DNA from: Candidatus Adlerbacteria bacterium
GTDB taxonomy: Bacteria; Patescibacteriota; Minisyncoccia; Phycocordibacterales; SBAW01
Assembly: GCA_027451965.1 (NCBI GenBank)
Contig: DAIDHJ010000001.1
Location: 424,963-488,962 of the forward strand
Direction: 5' to 3'
DNA: 64,000 bases
Shown: positions 47,070-56,683 of the stretch, piece after piece
Numbering within the stretch: the stretch's first letter is position 1
Layout of the letters: each line of letters begins with the position of its first letter
Notes under the pieces: model-generated
What the model was told of the DNA's origin: nothing
Seen by the model: the letters and a program-made list of their open reading frames with translations, nothing else
Databases searched by the model: none
Made by a program: the position numbers and the translations under genes

Positions 47070-47786
47070 TTATTTACCTGCAAGCGCAGCGTCTACTGCC
47101 GATTTTATTTGCGCATACGGAACCGCTCCTGAAACCAATTGGGTGCCGATCACCATAGCAGGAGTTCCTGAGATACCGTAAGAAGTGCCTTGCGATTTAT
47201 CCGCATCCATTTGCTGTTGATAGGTCGCTCCGTTTGCACTTACGAGTTGAGCAACTTTTGCTGTATCGGATGCGCCCAAGACAGTGGTAGTAATAGCGAG
47301 AATTTTTGCTTGCGTTGCCCATCCCGTATTCTCGGTTCCTTGATTGTCGAATATTGCCTTGTGCCATTGATAGAACTGACCTGGAGCAACAGCCCATACC
47401 GCACGAGCATACTTACCCAATGTCTGAGAATCTGTTCCAAGAAATGCATAATCCTTGAATACCAATTTCACTTTTCCGGTATTCACATAATCTGCAACCA
47501 GTTGAGGAATGCTATTTTCTTCATCTTGCTGGCAGAATGGACACTGGTAATCAAACCAGTAATCAATAGTCAAAGGAGCATTTGGATTACCAATGAACGG
47601 GTCTCCAGTAGTGGTTATTTTACTACTGTCTACTGCTACTGTATTTCCTTGCGGAGGTACAGTTACCGTATTCCCCGTTGAAGGCATATTGTTTTTGGTA
47701 TTTGTCCAAATAATGGCAAGGCCGATAACGAGTCCTGCGATCACGATGGCTACAGGCAATGAAAGTGTACGAGATGATGGTTCCAT
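47070..47786 (-). CDS. DsbA/BdbD-family thiol-disulfide oxidoreductase
   Basis: TM anchor, DYQCPFC, GISGTP. Confidence 0.92.
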   Translation of the reverse strand: MEPSSRTLSLPVAIVIAGLVIGLAIIWTNTKNNMPSTGNTVTVPPQGNTVAVDSSKITTTGDPFIGNPNAPLTIDYWFDYQCPFCQQDEENSIPQLVADYVNTGKVKLVFKDYAFLGTDSQTLGKYARAVWAVAPGQFYQWHKAIFDNQGTENTGWATQAKILAITTTVLGASDTAKVAQLVSANGATYQQQMDADKSQGTSYGISGTPAMVIGTQLVSGAVPYAQIKSAVDAALAGK

Positions 47787-48000
47787 AAAAACTCAAGTAA
47801 AAATAATAACGGTTACCAGTATAGCATTCTTTCTATTGCTTGAGGGAAACCTTTTTACCACACCACGGGCAAAACCATTCTGATCGTGTGACCGGAGCAT
47901 CTCCAATAGTCCACCATTTATTACAATACCTACACTGAAAATGACTGAGAATTTCTATCGTTTTATATGATACGTCTTTCATTGAAAATAATTAAAACAT

Positions 48001-48025
48001 AAACGGCGTCCAATGGACGCCGTTT
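48001..48025. terminator. Hairpin terminator
   Basis: AAACGGCGTCC-AAT-GGACGCCGTTT. Confidence 0.8.
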
Positions 48026-48215
48026 ACCCCCAGAGGGTTAGTCTGAGGAAGATCGTGATCACCTCCTTAACCCTCAGTGGATAAAGAAGAATGATTTACA
48101 AACATTTTTCCCTCCCTTCTTTCGCTAATCTCTCATAAATTATAGGTATAAGCAATATATGAATGTGGAAATTATGCTTAAAAAATAAGAGACAAACCAA
48201 TGATACACTACGAGT

Positions 48216-49487
48216 ATGCCCAAACGGCAATCTTTTCTAAAGAAACTACTAGGTGCATTAGGACCTGGATTCATCACGGGAGCAGCCGATGATGATCCAT
48301 CTGGAATTGCTACCTATTCCCAAACAGGCGTACTGTTTGGGTTTTCTCAATTATGGGTAGCGTTGTTTTCTTACCCATTCATGACCGTTATCCAAGAGAT
48401 GTGCGGGCGTATCGGTATGGTAACAGGCATGGGACTTGCGGGAGTGATTAGAAAGGAGTATTCAAAGAAAATCCTTGCACTCAGCGTACTGTTACTTCTG
48501 ATTGCAAATACTATCAATATCGGAGCTGATCTCGGAGCTATGGCAAGCTCTGTACAATTGCTTCTTCCCATTCCGTTTATTGTGTTACTTATCGGTATCA
48601 CGATTTTCACTCTCTTTCTTGAGGTGTTAGTACCCTACCCAACCTATGCGCGATATCTCAAATATCTCACTCTTTCTTTGTTGGCATATGTTATTACCGC
48701 ATTCGTAATCAAAGAGAATTGGAGTGTAATCCTACATTCCACCTTCGTCCCTCATATCGTTTGGTCAAAGGCATATCTCATGAACATAGCCGCATTCCTC
48801 GGAACAACTATTTCTCCTTATCTCTTTTTTTGGCAAGCAGATGAGGAGGTCGAGGAAGAGATAGTGCACCATCAAATCAGAGGGATGGGAAAAGGTATTC
48901 CCAAAGTACGGCCTGCCGACCTGCAGCAAATGCGGATAGATACAGCGGCAGGCATGTTCTTTTCGGAATTTATTACCTTTTTTATCATTGTCACTGTAGC
49001 ATCTGCACTGGGCACCACTGGAGTCACGATCAATACCGCCGCCGATGCAGCGAGCGCCCTGCGTCCTCTTGCCGGCAATTTTGCATTTCTGCTTTTTACG
49101 TTAGGTATCTTGGGCACAGGATTACTTGCAGTGCCAACTCTCGCCGGTTCTGCAGCGTACGCACTCAGCGAAACATTCAACTGGAGCGTTGGACTGAGTA
49201 AAAAATTTAAAGAAGCTCATGGATTTTACGGAATCATCACTCTTTCCATGCTCGTTGGACTTTTGGTCAATTTTACTCCTATCGGGTCTATCACCATGCT
49301 CTACTACGCGGCAATGCTCAATGGCGTGCTTGCTCCGCCTCTTATGATCTTAATTTTATGCATAGCGAACAATAAAAAAATTCTTGGCGCTCGAGTGAAT
49401 TCGCCACTCTCCAACTGGTTAGGCTGGTTTGTAACCATCATTATGAGTGCCGTAGCCATAGGGTTGCTCATTAGTCTTTTCCCATAA
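48216..49487 (+). CDS. NRAMP-family divalent metal transporter
   Basis: LGPGFITGAADDDPSGIATYS, QEMCGRIG, GTTISPY. Confidence 0.92.
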   Translation: MPKRQSFLKKLLGALGPGFITGAADDDPSGIATYSQTGVLFGFSQLWVALFSYPFMTVIQEMCGRIGMVTGMGLAGVIRKEYSKKILALSVLLLLIANTINIGADLGAMASSVQLLLPIPFIVLLIGITIFTLFLEVLVPYPTYARYLKYLTLSLLAYVITAFVIKENWSVILHSTFVPHIVWSKAYLMNIAAFLGTTISPYLFFWQADEEVEEEIVHHQIRGMGKGIPKVRPADLQQMRIDTAAGMFFSEFITFFIIVTVASALGTTGVTINTAADAASALRPLAGNFAFLLFTLGILGTGLLAVPTLAGSAAYALSETFNWSVGLSKKFKEAHGFYGIITLSMLVGLLVNFTPIGSITMLYYAAMLNGVLAPPLMILILCIANNKKILGARVNSPLSNWLGWFVTIIMSAVAIGLLISLFP

Positions 49488-49578
49488 CGTACCCTTATAT
49501 AAAATGTAGGAAAGACTTTTTTGAGATTTCTCTCCTACCTTATATACTTTCTATATTACTCACATTAAGTAATAGACA

Positions 49579-50004
49579 ATGGTAAAACATATTCTCATCA
49601 CAGGTGCTATGGTTGGAATGCTTGTTACAGCACTTCCTGCATTTGCTCAGACCACAACCAGTAACAGTACGAAAGTTGCATGTATTTCAGCAGCAGTAAG
49701 CACTCGTGAAGCGGCACTTGGTGCGGCAATGACCACATTTACGTCGGCAGAAAATAACGCATATAGCGCACGCGCAACCGCATTGCAGCAGGCATATGCA
49801 CAAACGGGAGGTAACGGCGCTATTCGCAGTGCTGTACGAAGTGCATGGAACGCGTTCAGAAGTTCTCTACGATCAGCACGCTCTGCATGGAGAACTGCCC
49901 GCAACAGCGCTTGGTCTAGCTTCAGAGCATCAGCAAAAGCATGCAAAGCACCGGCTTCTGTATCGGATACTGCCAATGCTGCAAGTGATGTAAGTGGAAA
50001 CTAG
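49579..50004 (+). CDS. Secreted Ala-rich helical protein
   Basis: Signal peptide ending AFA; AW-containing pseudo-repeats; two Cys. Confidence 0.8.
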   Translation: MVKHILITGAMVGMLVTALPAFAQTTTSNSTKVACISAAVSTREAALGAAMTTFTSAENNAYSARATALQQAYAQTGGNGAIRSAVRSAWNAFRSSLRSARSAWRTARNSAWSSFRASAKACKAPASVSDTANAASDVSGN

Positions 50005-50023
50005 TTGATTCTCAATAGCAAAT

Positions 50024-50051
50024 AAAAAAGCGCCTACAATGGCGCTTTTTT
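50024..50051. terminator. Bidirectional terminator
   Basis: AAAAAAGCGCC-TACAAT-GGCGCTTTTTT between convergent genes. Confidence 0.85.
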
Positions 50052-50457
50052 ATTTCTTACACCCATTACAGCGACATCCTTTTGGTTTAATGTATGCTTC
50101 AAAATATTCAGTATCGTAATCATAGGAAAGTTCCTCTCCGGCACGAATATTTCTTTTGGCCATTACATATACTCTTCCGCCCCAAATGTCTATTTCGCAA
50201 TTCGGTTTGCAAGAATGATTGATATACCGGGCAGTATTGCTTCGCATGGAACCATCTATGGTTTTTTTCTTACTTATCTCAAAGAGGTATTTGCTTCTTG
50301 TTTTATCAAGTTCTTCCGGAGAAAGCACTTTTCCTTGATATTCAATAATACACATTCCTCGAGCAATAGGATCGAGAGTGAATAACCCCAACCCACTACT
50401 TGCAGATCGTCGAACAACTAAGTGATAGTTTCCTGGAAGAAATTTTCGTTTTCTCAT
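50050..50457 (-). CDS. SET-domain protein-lysine methyltransferase
   Basis: GLGLF, RYINHSCKPN, EELSYDY, post-SET CRCNGC. Confidence 0.93.
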   Translation of the reverse strand: MRKRKFLPGNYHLVVRRSASSGLGLFTLDPIARGMCIIEYQGKVLSPEELDKTRSKYLFEISKKKTIDGSMRSNTARYINHSCKPNCEIDIWGGRVYVMAKRNIRAGEELSYDYDTEYFEAYIKPKGCRCNGCKK

Positions 50458-50592
50458 GTGTATCGTTTCGATAGATGACGTAATGATGTATTACAAAGAA
50501 ACAGTATACGGTAAAAAACATTATTCGTTATACACATATCACCCACGCACGATAATTAATCGTTTCTGAAATACAAAATGTACAGGCTCCGC

Positions 50593-50802
50593 TTAGCGAG
50601 GAGTAGACATTCGATGCATGCAAGGAATGCACGTGTGCTGCTGAGAGCGAGTCTTGAGATATCGATTCCCGCATGTGCACACCAGAATATTTGTCTTGTG
50701 AGGTTTTTCAATCCACTTTCCTTCCGACTGATATGTCTTTGTCGGTGCTTGCAGCGGCGTGCGAGATGAAGTTTTGATAGGTTTTTCTTTCATATGATTC
50801 AT
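50593..50802 (-). CDS. Small basic zinc-ribbon protein
   Basis: CTCG...CIPC; TTGACA-17-TATTAT upstream (50845-50817). Confidence 0.65.
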   Translation of the reverse strand: MNHMKEKPIKTSSRTPLQAPTKTYQSEGKWIEKPHKTNILVCTCGNRYLKTRSQQHTCIPCMHRMSTPR

Positions 50803-50878
50803 ATCCGAAAAATACTATAATAATATGTAAACAATAGTATGTCAATAGATGCAGAGAGCACGGTATAATGACATCTGT

Positions 50879-52228
50879 ATGTCAACCCAGGAACAGACTG
50901 CACCACTCATAGTTGTTGCATTTGGAATCACCGGAGATTTAATGAGACACAAGATTCTTCCTGCACTGTTTTCTCTATATGCTGGAGGTTCTATTCCTCA
51001 ATTGGTTCGTATTGTAGGAGTATCCCGCCAGTCCTGGAGCAGCACTCAATTACAAACATATGTAGCAACCGTCATACAAGAAGCATTTCCTTCCCTTTCT
51101 CACATACCCGATTCCTTTTTACATTTGTTTTATTTTCAGCAAGCAGATGTCTATGACGATCAGAGTTATGAGGCTTTTGCAAAAACACTACAGTATGACA
51201 GTCCTTGCAACATCCTGTTTTACCTTTCTATCGCTCCTGAACTGTATGAACCAACTCTGCGCCGTATTTCTCAACTATCACGAAAGCACGGAGAAAATGA
51301 TGCCTTTTGGACACGAATCCTTATAGAAAAGCCTTTTGGACACGACCTCATGAGCGCGCAAGCGCTGCAGCAAGTTATCCAAGGCACGTTTGATACCCGA
51401 CAAATATATTTGGTAGATCACTACCTACAGAAACCTATTTCGAGACAGCTGACAGCATTCCGTCAAGCACATCCTGAACTTGAATCTATATGGAACAAAG
51501 AACACATTGCAGAGATCTCCATACGATTATGGGAAACGATAGGAGTTGAAAAGCGCGCCACTTTTTACGACCAGACAGGAGCGCTTAGGGATGTCGGGCA
51601 GAACCATGTGATGCAATTACTTGCTCTCATTACTATGGACCTGCCCGAACAAATCAGTTCCTTACCGCAGAATCGAGTTGCTGTAATAGAGCAACTTGCC
51701 CTCATCCCTACGGAACGCATGCACGAACATACATACCATGCACAGTATCGTACTTATAGAGAAGAAATACACATGCCATCATCACGCACAGAAACCTATT
51801 TTGCTCTACATACCGGAATAGATTCTCCCCGATGGAGAGGAACACGAATACTGGTAGATGCAGGAAAGCGTTTACCGGAAGTACAGAAGTACATACATGT
51901 ACAGTTCAAAAAGAGCGAATTTGTAGAAATAAAACAAAATATTGTACCTGTCCAGTCTATACAATTTCTGCTTGAAGGACAGGAGGTAATCCTTAATGAT
52001 TCACACCATCCTATGTGGTCGGCATCAATGGAGCATACCGATTATGAAAACATCATACTCGATTGTATTCGAGGAGATCAGACATTTTTTGTGAGCATGC
52101 AAGAAATTCTTGCTTCATGGAATTTTGTCGACCCTATAGAGCGATCTTGGGACCAACAGATTCCGCCTCTTGCCTCATATGAGCCAGGGAGTGCCGCGTT
52201 GCTTCCTGCGCCGCTACAACAGAAATAG
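50879..52228 (+). CDS. zwf: Glucose-6-phosphate dehydrogenase
   Basis: GITGDL, IEKPFGHD, DHYLQK, GALRDVGQNH, GKRL. Confidence 0.9.
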   Translation: MSTQEQTAPLIVVAFGITGDLMRHKILPALFSLYAGGSIPQLVRIVGVSRQSWSSTQLQTYVATVIQEAFPSLSHIPDSFLHLFYFQQADVYDDQSYEAFAKTLQYDSPCNILFYLSIAPELYEPTLRRISQLSRKHGENDAFWTRILIEKPFGHDLMSAQALQQVIQGTFDTRQIYLVDHYLQKPISRQLTAFRQAHPELESIWNKEHIAEISIRLWETIGVEKRATFYDQTGALRDVGQNHVMQLLALITMDLPEQISSLPQNRVAVIEQLALIPTERMHEHTYHAQYRTYREEIHMPSSRTETYFALHTGIDSPRWRGTRILVDAGKRLPEVQKYIHVQFKKSEFVEIKQNIVPVQSIQFLLEGQEVILNDSHHPMWSASMEHTDYENIILDCIRGDQTFFVSMQEILASWNFVDPIERSWDQQIPPLASYEPGSAALLPAPLQQK

Positions 52229-52241
52229 TTTTGGATAATTT

Positions 52242-52847
52242 TTATTCCTGATACTCGCTATATTTCCGGATAAACCAATTTCGAATATGTTCTTCAAAGA
52301 AGATAATAAGAAGAAAGGCAGACAAATACACAATAATGAGCACGGTGCGCAGCCATAGATTTGCTGTTTGTAAAAAAGAATAGCCGAGCAGAAATCCGAG
52401 AGACAACAGTACGCCGCTCCAGATGAACTGACCAAGGATATTTATTACCAAATAGCGACCGAACGGGATACGAGCAAGGCCGGCGGTAAAAATAGTCACG
52501 ATAGAGAAACCAAGACCCATGGTAACTTTGGAGAGAAATAAAATAACATTGGTATGAGCTCGAAATAGACGTTTCACTACCTCGATATGCAAGTCGGATA
52601 TGCCTACGTACTTCCCCCATTGCCGCACGAATCGCTCTCCAGAGCGATATCCAATCCAATACCACACCACATCTCCAATAAGTTCTCCTAACATGAGCGC
52701 TCCATATGTGGGAAATAGTTCCAGAAACCGCAATCGAACCAAGGAACCAGCAAACAGAGAGATGATAGGACCGCCAAAAAGAGCTGCGGGTACGAGCACT
52801 ACATACCGATAGTGCATAATAAGATGTCCGAGAAATGCTAGTAGCAT
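52242..52847 (-). CDS. DedA family membrane protein
   Basis: GDVVWYWIG, AG..RIPFGRY, IWS. Confidence 0.85.
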   Translation of the reverse strand: MLLAFLGHLIMHYRYVVLVPAALFGGPIISLFAGSLVRLRFLELFPTYGALMLGELIGDVVWYWIGYRSGERFVRQWGKYVGISDLHIEVVKRLFRAHTNVILFLSKVTMGLGFSIVTIFTAGLARIPFGRYLVINILGQFIWSGVLLSLGFLLGYSFLQTANLWLRTVLIIVYLSAFLLIIFFEEHIRNWFIRKYSEYQE

Positions 52848-52962
52848 GATTAAATGAAAAAGCAGGGTATGCCGTCAGAAATCGCTTCGTACAGAGTCAT
52901 ATTCTGAGTGTTATACCATTTTTCATCATTTAGACCAATAAAAAATAAAAAGCGAAGCAACC

Positions 52963-53997
52963 ATGATAGAGACTGAAACAATACTCCATCCAAACAATAA
53001 AATAGTCGAAACGTCGATGTTCTCACACATCATGGCTATTACCCTCAATCCGCAAAGTAACTACACAGAAGGAATAGTGCGATGCATTACCAGCAGAGAA
53101 GGAAATGTGCATGTCGCAGGATATACAGACCGAAGCGCTCTCTATAAAGTGAGTGGAAACCCCTTCTCCAAACTAACTCTTGATTCCCCTCTTACTATTG
53201 TTCAAGAAGAAGAGATTATTCAATCTCTGATAACACCGGGGTTTGATTACCTTGGTCTTGAAGATCCTGATTTATGGCTGGATGAGTCTACAGGAACACT
53301 TCACCTTTATTTTACTATTCCACTTATCGCACGAGATCCAAAGGTGGGGTACTCTCTGATTCATCTTGGACATGCAGCAGGGACCAATCTCGATTCACTA
53401 CAAATGACCGAACCGGTACTGAGAGCGAGCAAAACTGATTTTTCACATTCCGTAGCAAAAGAACTTTCCATTGCCCCTCTTAACAGTCAGGGGGTTCGCT
53501 TTAATTTATTTGAAGGGGTGCACAAATCACAAAAGCACGCCCACGAATGCTCAGTCATTCAAGCGGCGGTGGCGAGCGATATGGGAACGACATGGGAGGT
53601 TATGAAGACAGTTTTTCATCCGGAAAGCGCTTCCATACCATGGATTGCTGGGCATGCCTCTCCCGGACCATTGCTGCCCAAATCCTTTCTTGATATTGGA
53701 GAAGGCAAGGTATTAGGCATTATCAACGGTCGGGAAGAAAATCAGATAATAGGAGAAGAAGTGCACTATGGAATGTTTTCTACGGGATTATGTATTTATA
53801 ACTATGAAACAGCTACCATTGAGTGGGTCTCCGAAACACCGTTGATACAAGATATTGAGGCAAAACATATCACCTTTGCGAGTCAATTTATAGAAACTGA
53901 ACCAGGAAAGGGTATTCTTTATGCGCATATCGATGATTCATTCATCAGAGCGTATGAACTACGTGCAGAGGAGCTGCGAATTGCTCTTCCGGCATAA
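52963..53997 (+). CDS. Possible beta-propeller glycosidase-like protein
   Basis: GLEDPD motif, beta-rich; family uncertain. Confidence 0.5.
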   Translation: MIETETILHPNNKIVETSMFSHIMAITLNPQSNYTEGIVRCITSREGNVHVAGYTDRSALYKVSGNPFSKLTLDSPLTIVQEEEIIQSLITPGFDYLGLEDPDLWLDESTGTLHLYFTIPLIARDPKVGYSLIHLGHAAGTNLDSLQMTEPVLRASKTDFSHSVAKELSIAPLNSQGVRFNLFEGVHKSQKHAHECSVIQAAVASDMGTTWEVMKTVFHPESASIPWIAGHASPGPLLPKSFLDIGEGKVLGIINGREENQIIGEEVHYGMFSTGLCIYNYETATIEWVSETPLIQDIEAKHITFASQFIETEPGKGILYAHIDDSFIRAYELRAEELRIALPA

Positions 53998-54004
53998 CAT
54001 AACG

Positions 54005-54787
54005 TTATCGTATTGCATCTGCCACAGCATATTCCCCTACCTTTGTTCGTAGAATATGCAGTGCGAGTGATGGTATGCCAATACGTTCACCAAGCGTGTG
54101 GGCAATGGAACGTACATATGTTCCAGAAGAGCAGGAAATAGAGACAGTAGCACAAGGGAATGTGCGCGTTCCTTTGGAGGAAAGAGATCGCTTCCAGCAT
54201 CGCAATATATCATCTTGTCGAAAATCACCCTGCACTCGCCCGATGCTCGATTCAATATATGCAAGAAGAGTGGCTTCTTCTACCTTATAGGTATGTGTGA
54301 CAGAAATATCATAAATAGTAATTGGATGTTTCGGTAAAACCAAGGTGTGTATGTCCTCAGTTCGAGCTAAAGTGAAAAGCGGCTTTCCTTCAATTGTCTT
54401 AGAAGAAAATGCTGGATATGCTTGCGAAATAGAACCTTGAAATTCTCGTAAGGCATTTGTGATGGAATTTTTTACACAGAGGGACGGATCTCCTTGTTCC
54501 AGTATTTTTCCTAAAATATCGTAAGTGTCAGTAGCAAAACCGAATAATATATCAAAGACGTATTCCTTGGACATATTGAGGTATTCGTTGTGCTGCTTGT
54601 TTGCAGATCCAACCAAACAAACAAGCACTCCTTCGGCCATCGGGTCCAGCCTACCTGCATATGATAGTACCTCATGCTGATACAGCGGGCGCTGCACTCT
54701 CAAACGTTCCAATCGTTCACGAGGTGTCTCCCCTACCTGTTTGTAAAGATTGAGCACTTCTCCGGAACCTGTGAATTTTGCACTCAT
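54005..54787 (-). CDS. truB: tRNA pseudouridine(55) synthase-like
   Basis: YAGRLDPMAEG, TDTYD, YPAFSSK, CSSGTYVRS. Confidence 0.88.
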   Translation of the reverse strand: MSAKFTGSGEVLNLYKQVGETPRERLERLRVQRPLYQHEVLSYAGRLDPMAEGVLVCLVGSANKQHNEYLNMSKEYVFDILFGFATDTYDILGKILEQGDPSLCVKNSITNALREFQGSISQAYPAFSSKTIEGKPLFTLARTEDIHTLVLPKHPITIYDISVTHTYKVEEATLLAYIESSIGRVQGDFRQDDILRCWKRSLSSKGTRTFPCATVSISCSSGTYVRSIAHTLGERIGIPSLALHILRTKVGEYAVADAIR

Positions 54788-54814
54788 TTCTGTTAGAATA
54801 GCTCACAACATCGT

Positions 54815-56053
54815 ATGAGTAAAAAGGATGCGCCTTCCACCGAACCATACAAGGGAGTACGAGATTTTTATCCAGAAGATCAGGCAATATTGCGCTACTT
54901 TATCCGTACTGCACAGAAAACAGTGGAGCGTTTTGGTTATGAAGAATATCACGCATCTATCCTTGAACCGGCTGAGTTGTACCGTGGAAAAACCAGTCAA
55001 GAAATTATTACAGAACAAGTCTATAGCTTTACTGACCGTGGAGGACGAGAGGTGATGCTGCGTCCCGAGATGACTCCTACCATTGCACGCATGGTTGCAG
55101 CACGGAGGCGCGAAATGGGATTTCCATTACGTCTCTATTCCATTCCAAACGTGTTTCGATATGAACGTCCTCAACGAGGGAGAGTTCGAGAGCATTGGCA
55201 GCTCAACATTGATCTTTTCGGCTCTAAAGTACATGAAGCAGAAGCTGAAATCATTGCTATTGCTCACGCAACAATGCGAGCATTTGGAGCAAAGGACAGC
55301 GATTTTACCATCCGCATAGGAAGCAGAACCTTTCTCAATACACTTATTGAGCACTATCACCTCTCTGAAGAACAGGCTCGCGCCTTCCGTGCACATTTGG
55401 ATGCACGCGCAAAAATGCCTCTGGATGAGTTTGAGAGCGGCTTACGCACTCTTGGCATACCCTTAGAAGCACTTTCATCCTCCAACATACCTGAGGATGT
55501 GGAAAACGTGCTTTCGTTGCTTCGCGCAGAACAGATCACCAATGCAGTATTTGCTCCCGACATTGTGCGCGGCTTTGATTATTACACTGGCATCGTGTTT
55601 GAAGTATTTGATACTGACCCCCAAAATACACGTTCTCTCTTCGGGGGCGGCCGATATGACAATTTATTGGCCATGTTTGATGAAGAGCCTGTACCGGCAG
55701 TTGGATTCGGGATGGGAGATGTTACTTTGCGGGATTTTCTCGAAACTCATAACCTTCTGCCTCAATACATACCGGCCACACAACTGTATATATCTATCCC
55801 CTCTTCCCATACCCTTACCGAAGCGCAGTTGCTTGCACAGCGACTGCGCGATAAAGGAATAAATGTTGCTATAGATTTCGGAGAAAAAAAACTTTCTGAC
55901 CAGATCAGAACCGCAGATAAGCATCACATACCATATCTTATTGTTGTGGGTGAAAGTGAAATTCAAGCAAAACGCTATCAGTTGCGCAAACTCAGCGATG
56001 GATCAGAAACGACTTGCACAGAAGAAGAACTGGTATCAAAAATCAATGGATAA
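54815..56053 (+). CDS. hisS: Histidine--tRNA ligase
   Basis: LRPEMT, FRYERPQRGR, RGFDYYTG, GGGRYD. Confidence 0.98.
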   Translation: MSKKDAPSTEPYKGVRDFYPEDQAILRYFIRTAQKTVERFGYEEYHASILEPAELYRGKTSQEIITEQVYSFTDRGGREVMLRPEMTPTIARMVAARRREMGFPLRLYSIPNVFRYERPQRGRVREHWQLNIDLFGSKVHEAEAEIIAIAHATMRAFGAKDSDFTIRIGSRTFLNTLIEHYHLSEEQARAFRAHLDARAKMPLDEFESGLRTLGIPLEALSSSNIPEDVENVLSLLRAEQITNAVFAPDIVRGFDYYTGIVFEVFDTDPQNTRSLFGGGRYDNLLAMFDEEPVPAVGFGMGDVTLRDFLETHNLLPQYIPATQLYISIPSSHTLTEAQLLAQRLRDKGINVAIDFGEKKLSDQIRTADKHHIPYLIVVGESEIQAKRYQLRKLSDGSETTCTEEELVSKING

Positions 56054-56061
56054 AAAAGTGC

Positions 56062-56634
56062 ATGCGATACATTACCTTTGACATTGAAACAATTGGAGAA
56101 ATCGTAAACGGTGACCTGTCCAATCAAGAAGTGACTGTAGTTGGTATACATGACTCTGCAACGAATGAATACGCCAGTTTTCTCAAAGATGAGCTGCATG
56201 CGCTTTGGCCTGTTTTTGAACAGGCTGATGCACTTATTGGATATAATTCGGACCATTTCGATATACCTATTTTAAATAAGTATTATCCAGGAGATCTCAC
56301 CAAAATAAAAAGTATCGACTTACTTAAGGAAATACGGAATGTCCTTGGAAGACGCTTGAAGCTGGATAATGTGGCTGAAGCAACACTCGGCACAAAAAAA
56401 ACAGGAACTGGGCTTGAAGCCATTGCATGGTGGGCTGAAGGTAAAGTAGAGCAAGTCAGACAGTATTGTCTTGACGACGTCAAAATCACAAGAGCTCTGT
56501 ATGAATACATGCGCGACCATGGTTCCGTTAAATATAGAGATTTTGACGGACTCCGCGAGCTAAAAATTAATACGTCACATTGGAGCGAAAGACCGACACG
56601 AGAAAATTTCCTTACGCATACCCTCCCCTTTTAA
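56062..56634 (+). CDS. RNase H-like 3'-5' exonuclease domain protein (YprB-like)
   Basis: FDIET, GYNSDHFD, YCLDDV. Confidence 0.85.
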   Translation: MRYITFDIETIGEIVNGDLSNQEVTVVGIHDSATNEYASFLKDELHALWPVFEQADALIGYNSDHFDIPILNKYYPGDLTKIKSIDLLKEIRNVLGRRLKLDNVAEATLGTKKTGTGLEAIAWWAEGKVEQVRQYCLDDVKITRALYEYMRDHGSVKYRDFDGLRELKINTSHWSERPTRENFLTHTLPF

Positions 56635-56683
56635 GGCCTGAAATCCGCATGCTATACTGCCGGTACGTAACTTACTTATTTAT

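Noticed and set aside
48057-48069. 16S rRNA fragment
   Set aside because: Only the 13-nt GATCACCTCCTTA matches; the flanks are not rRNA
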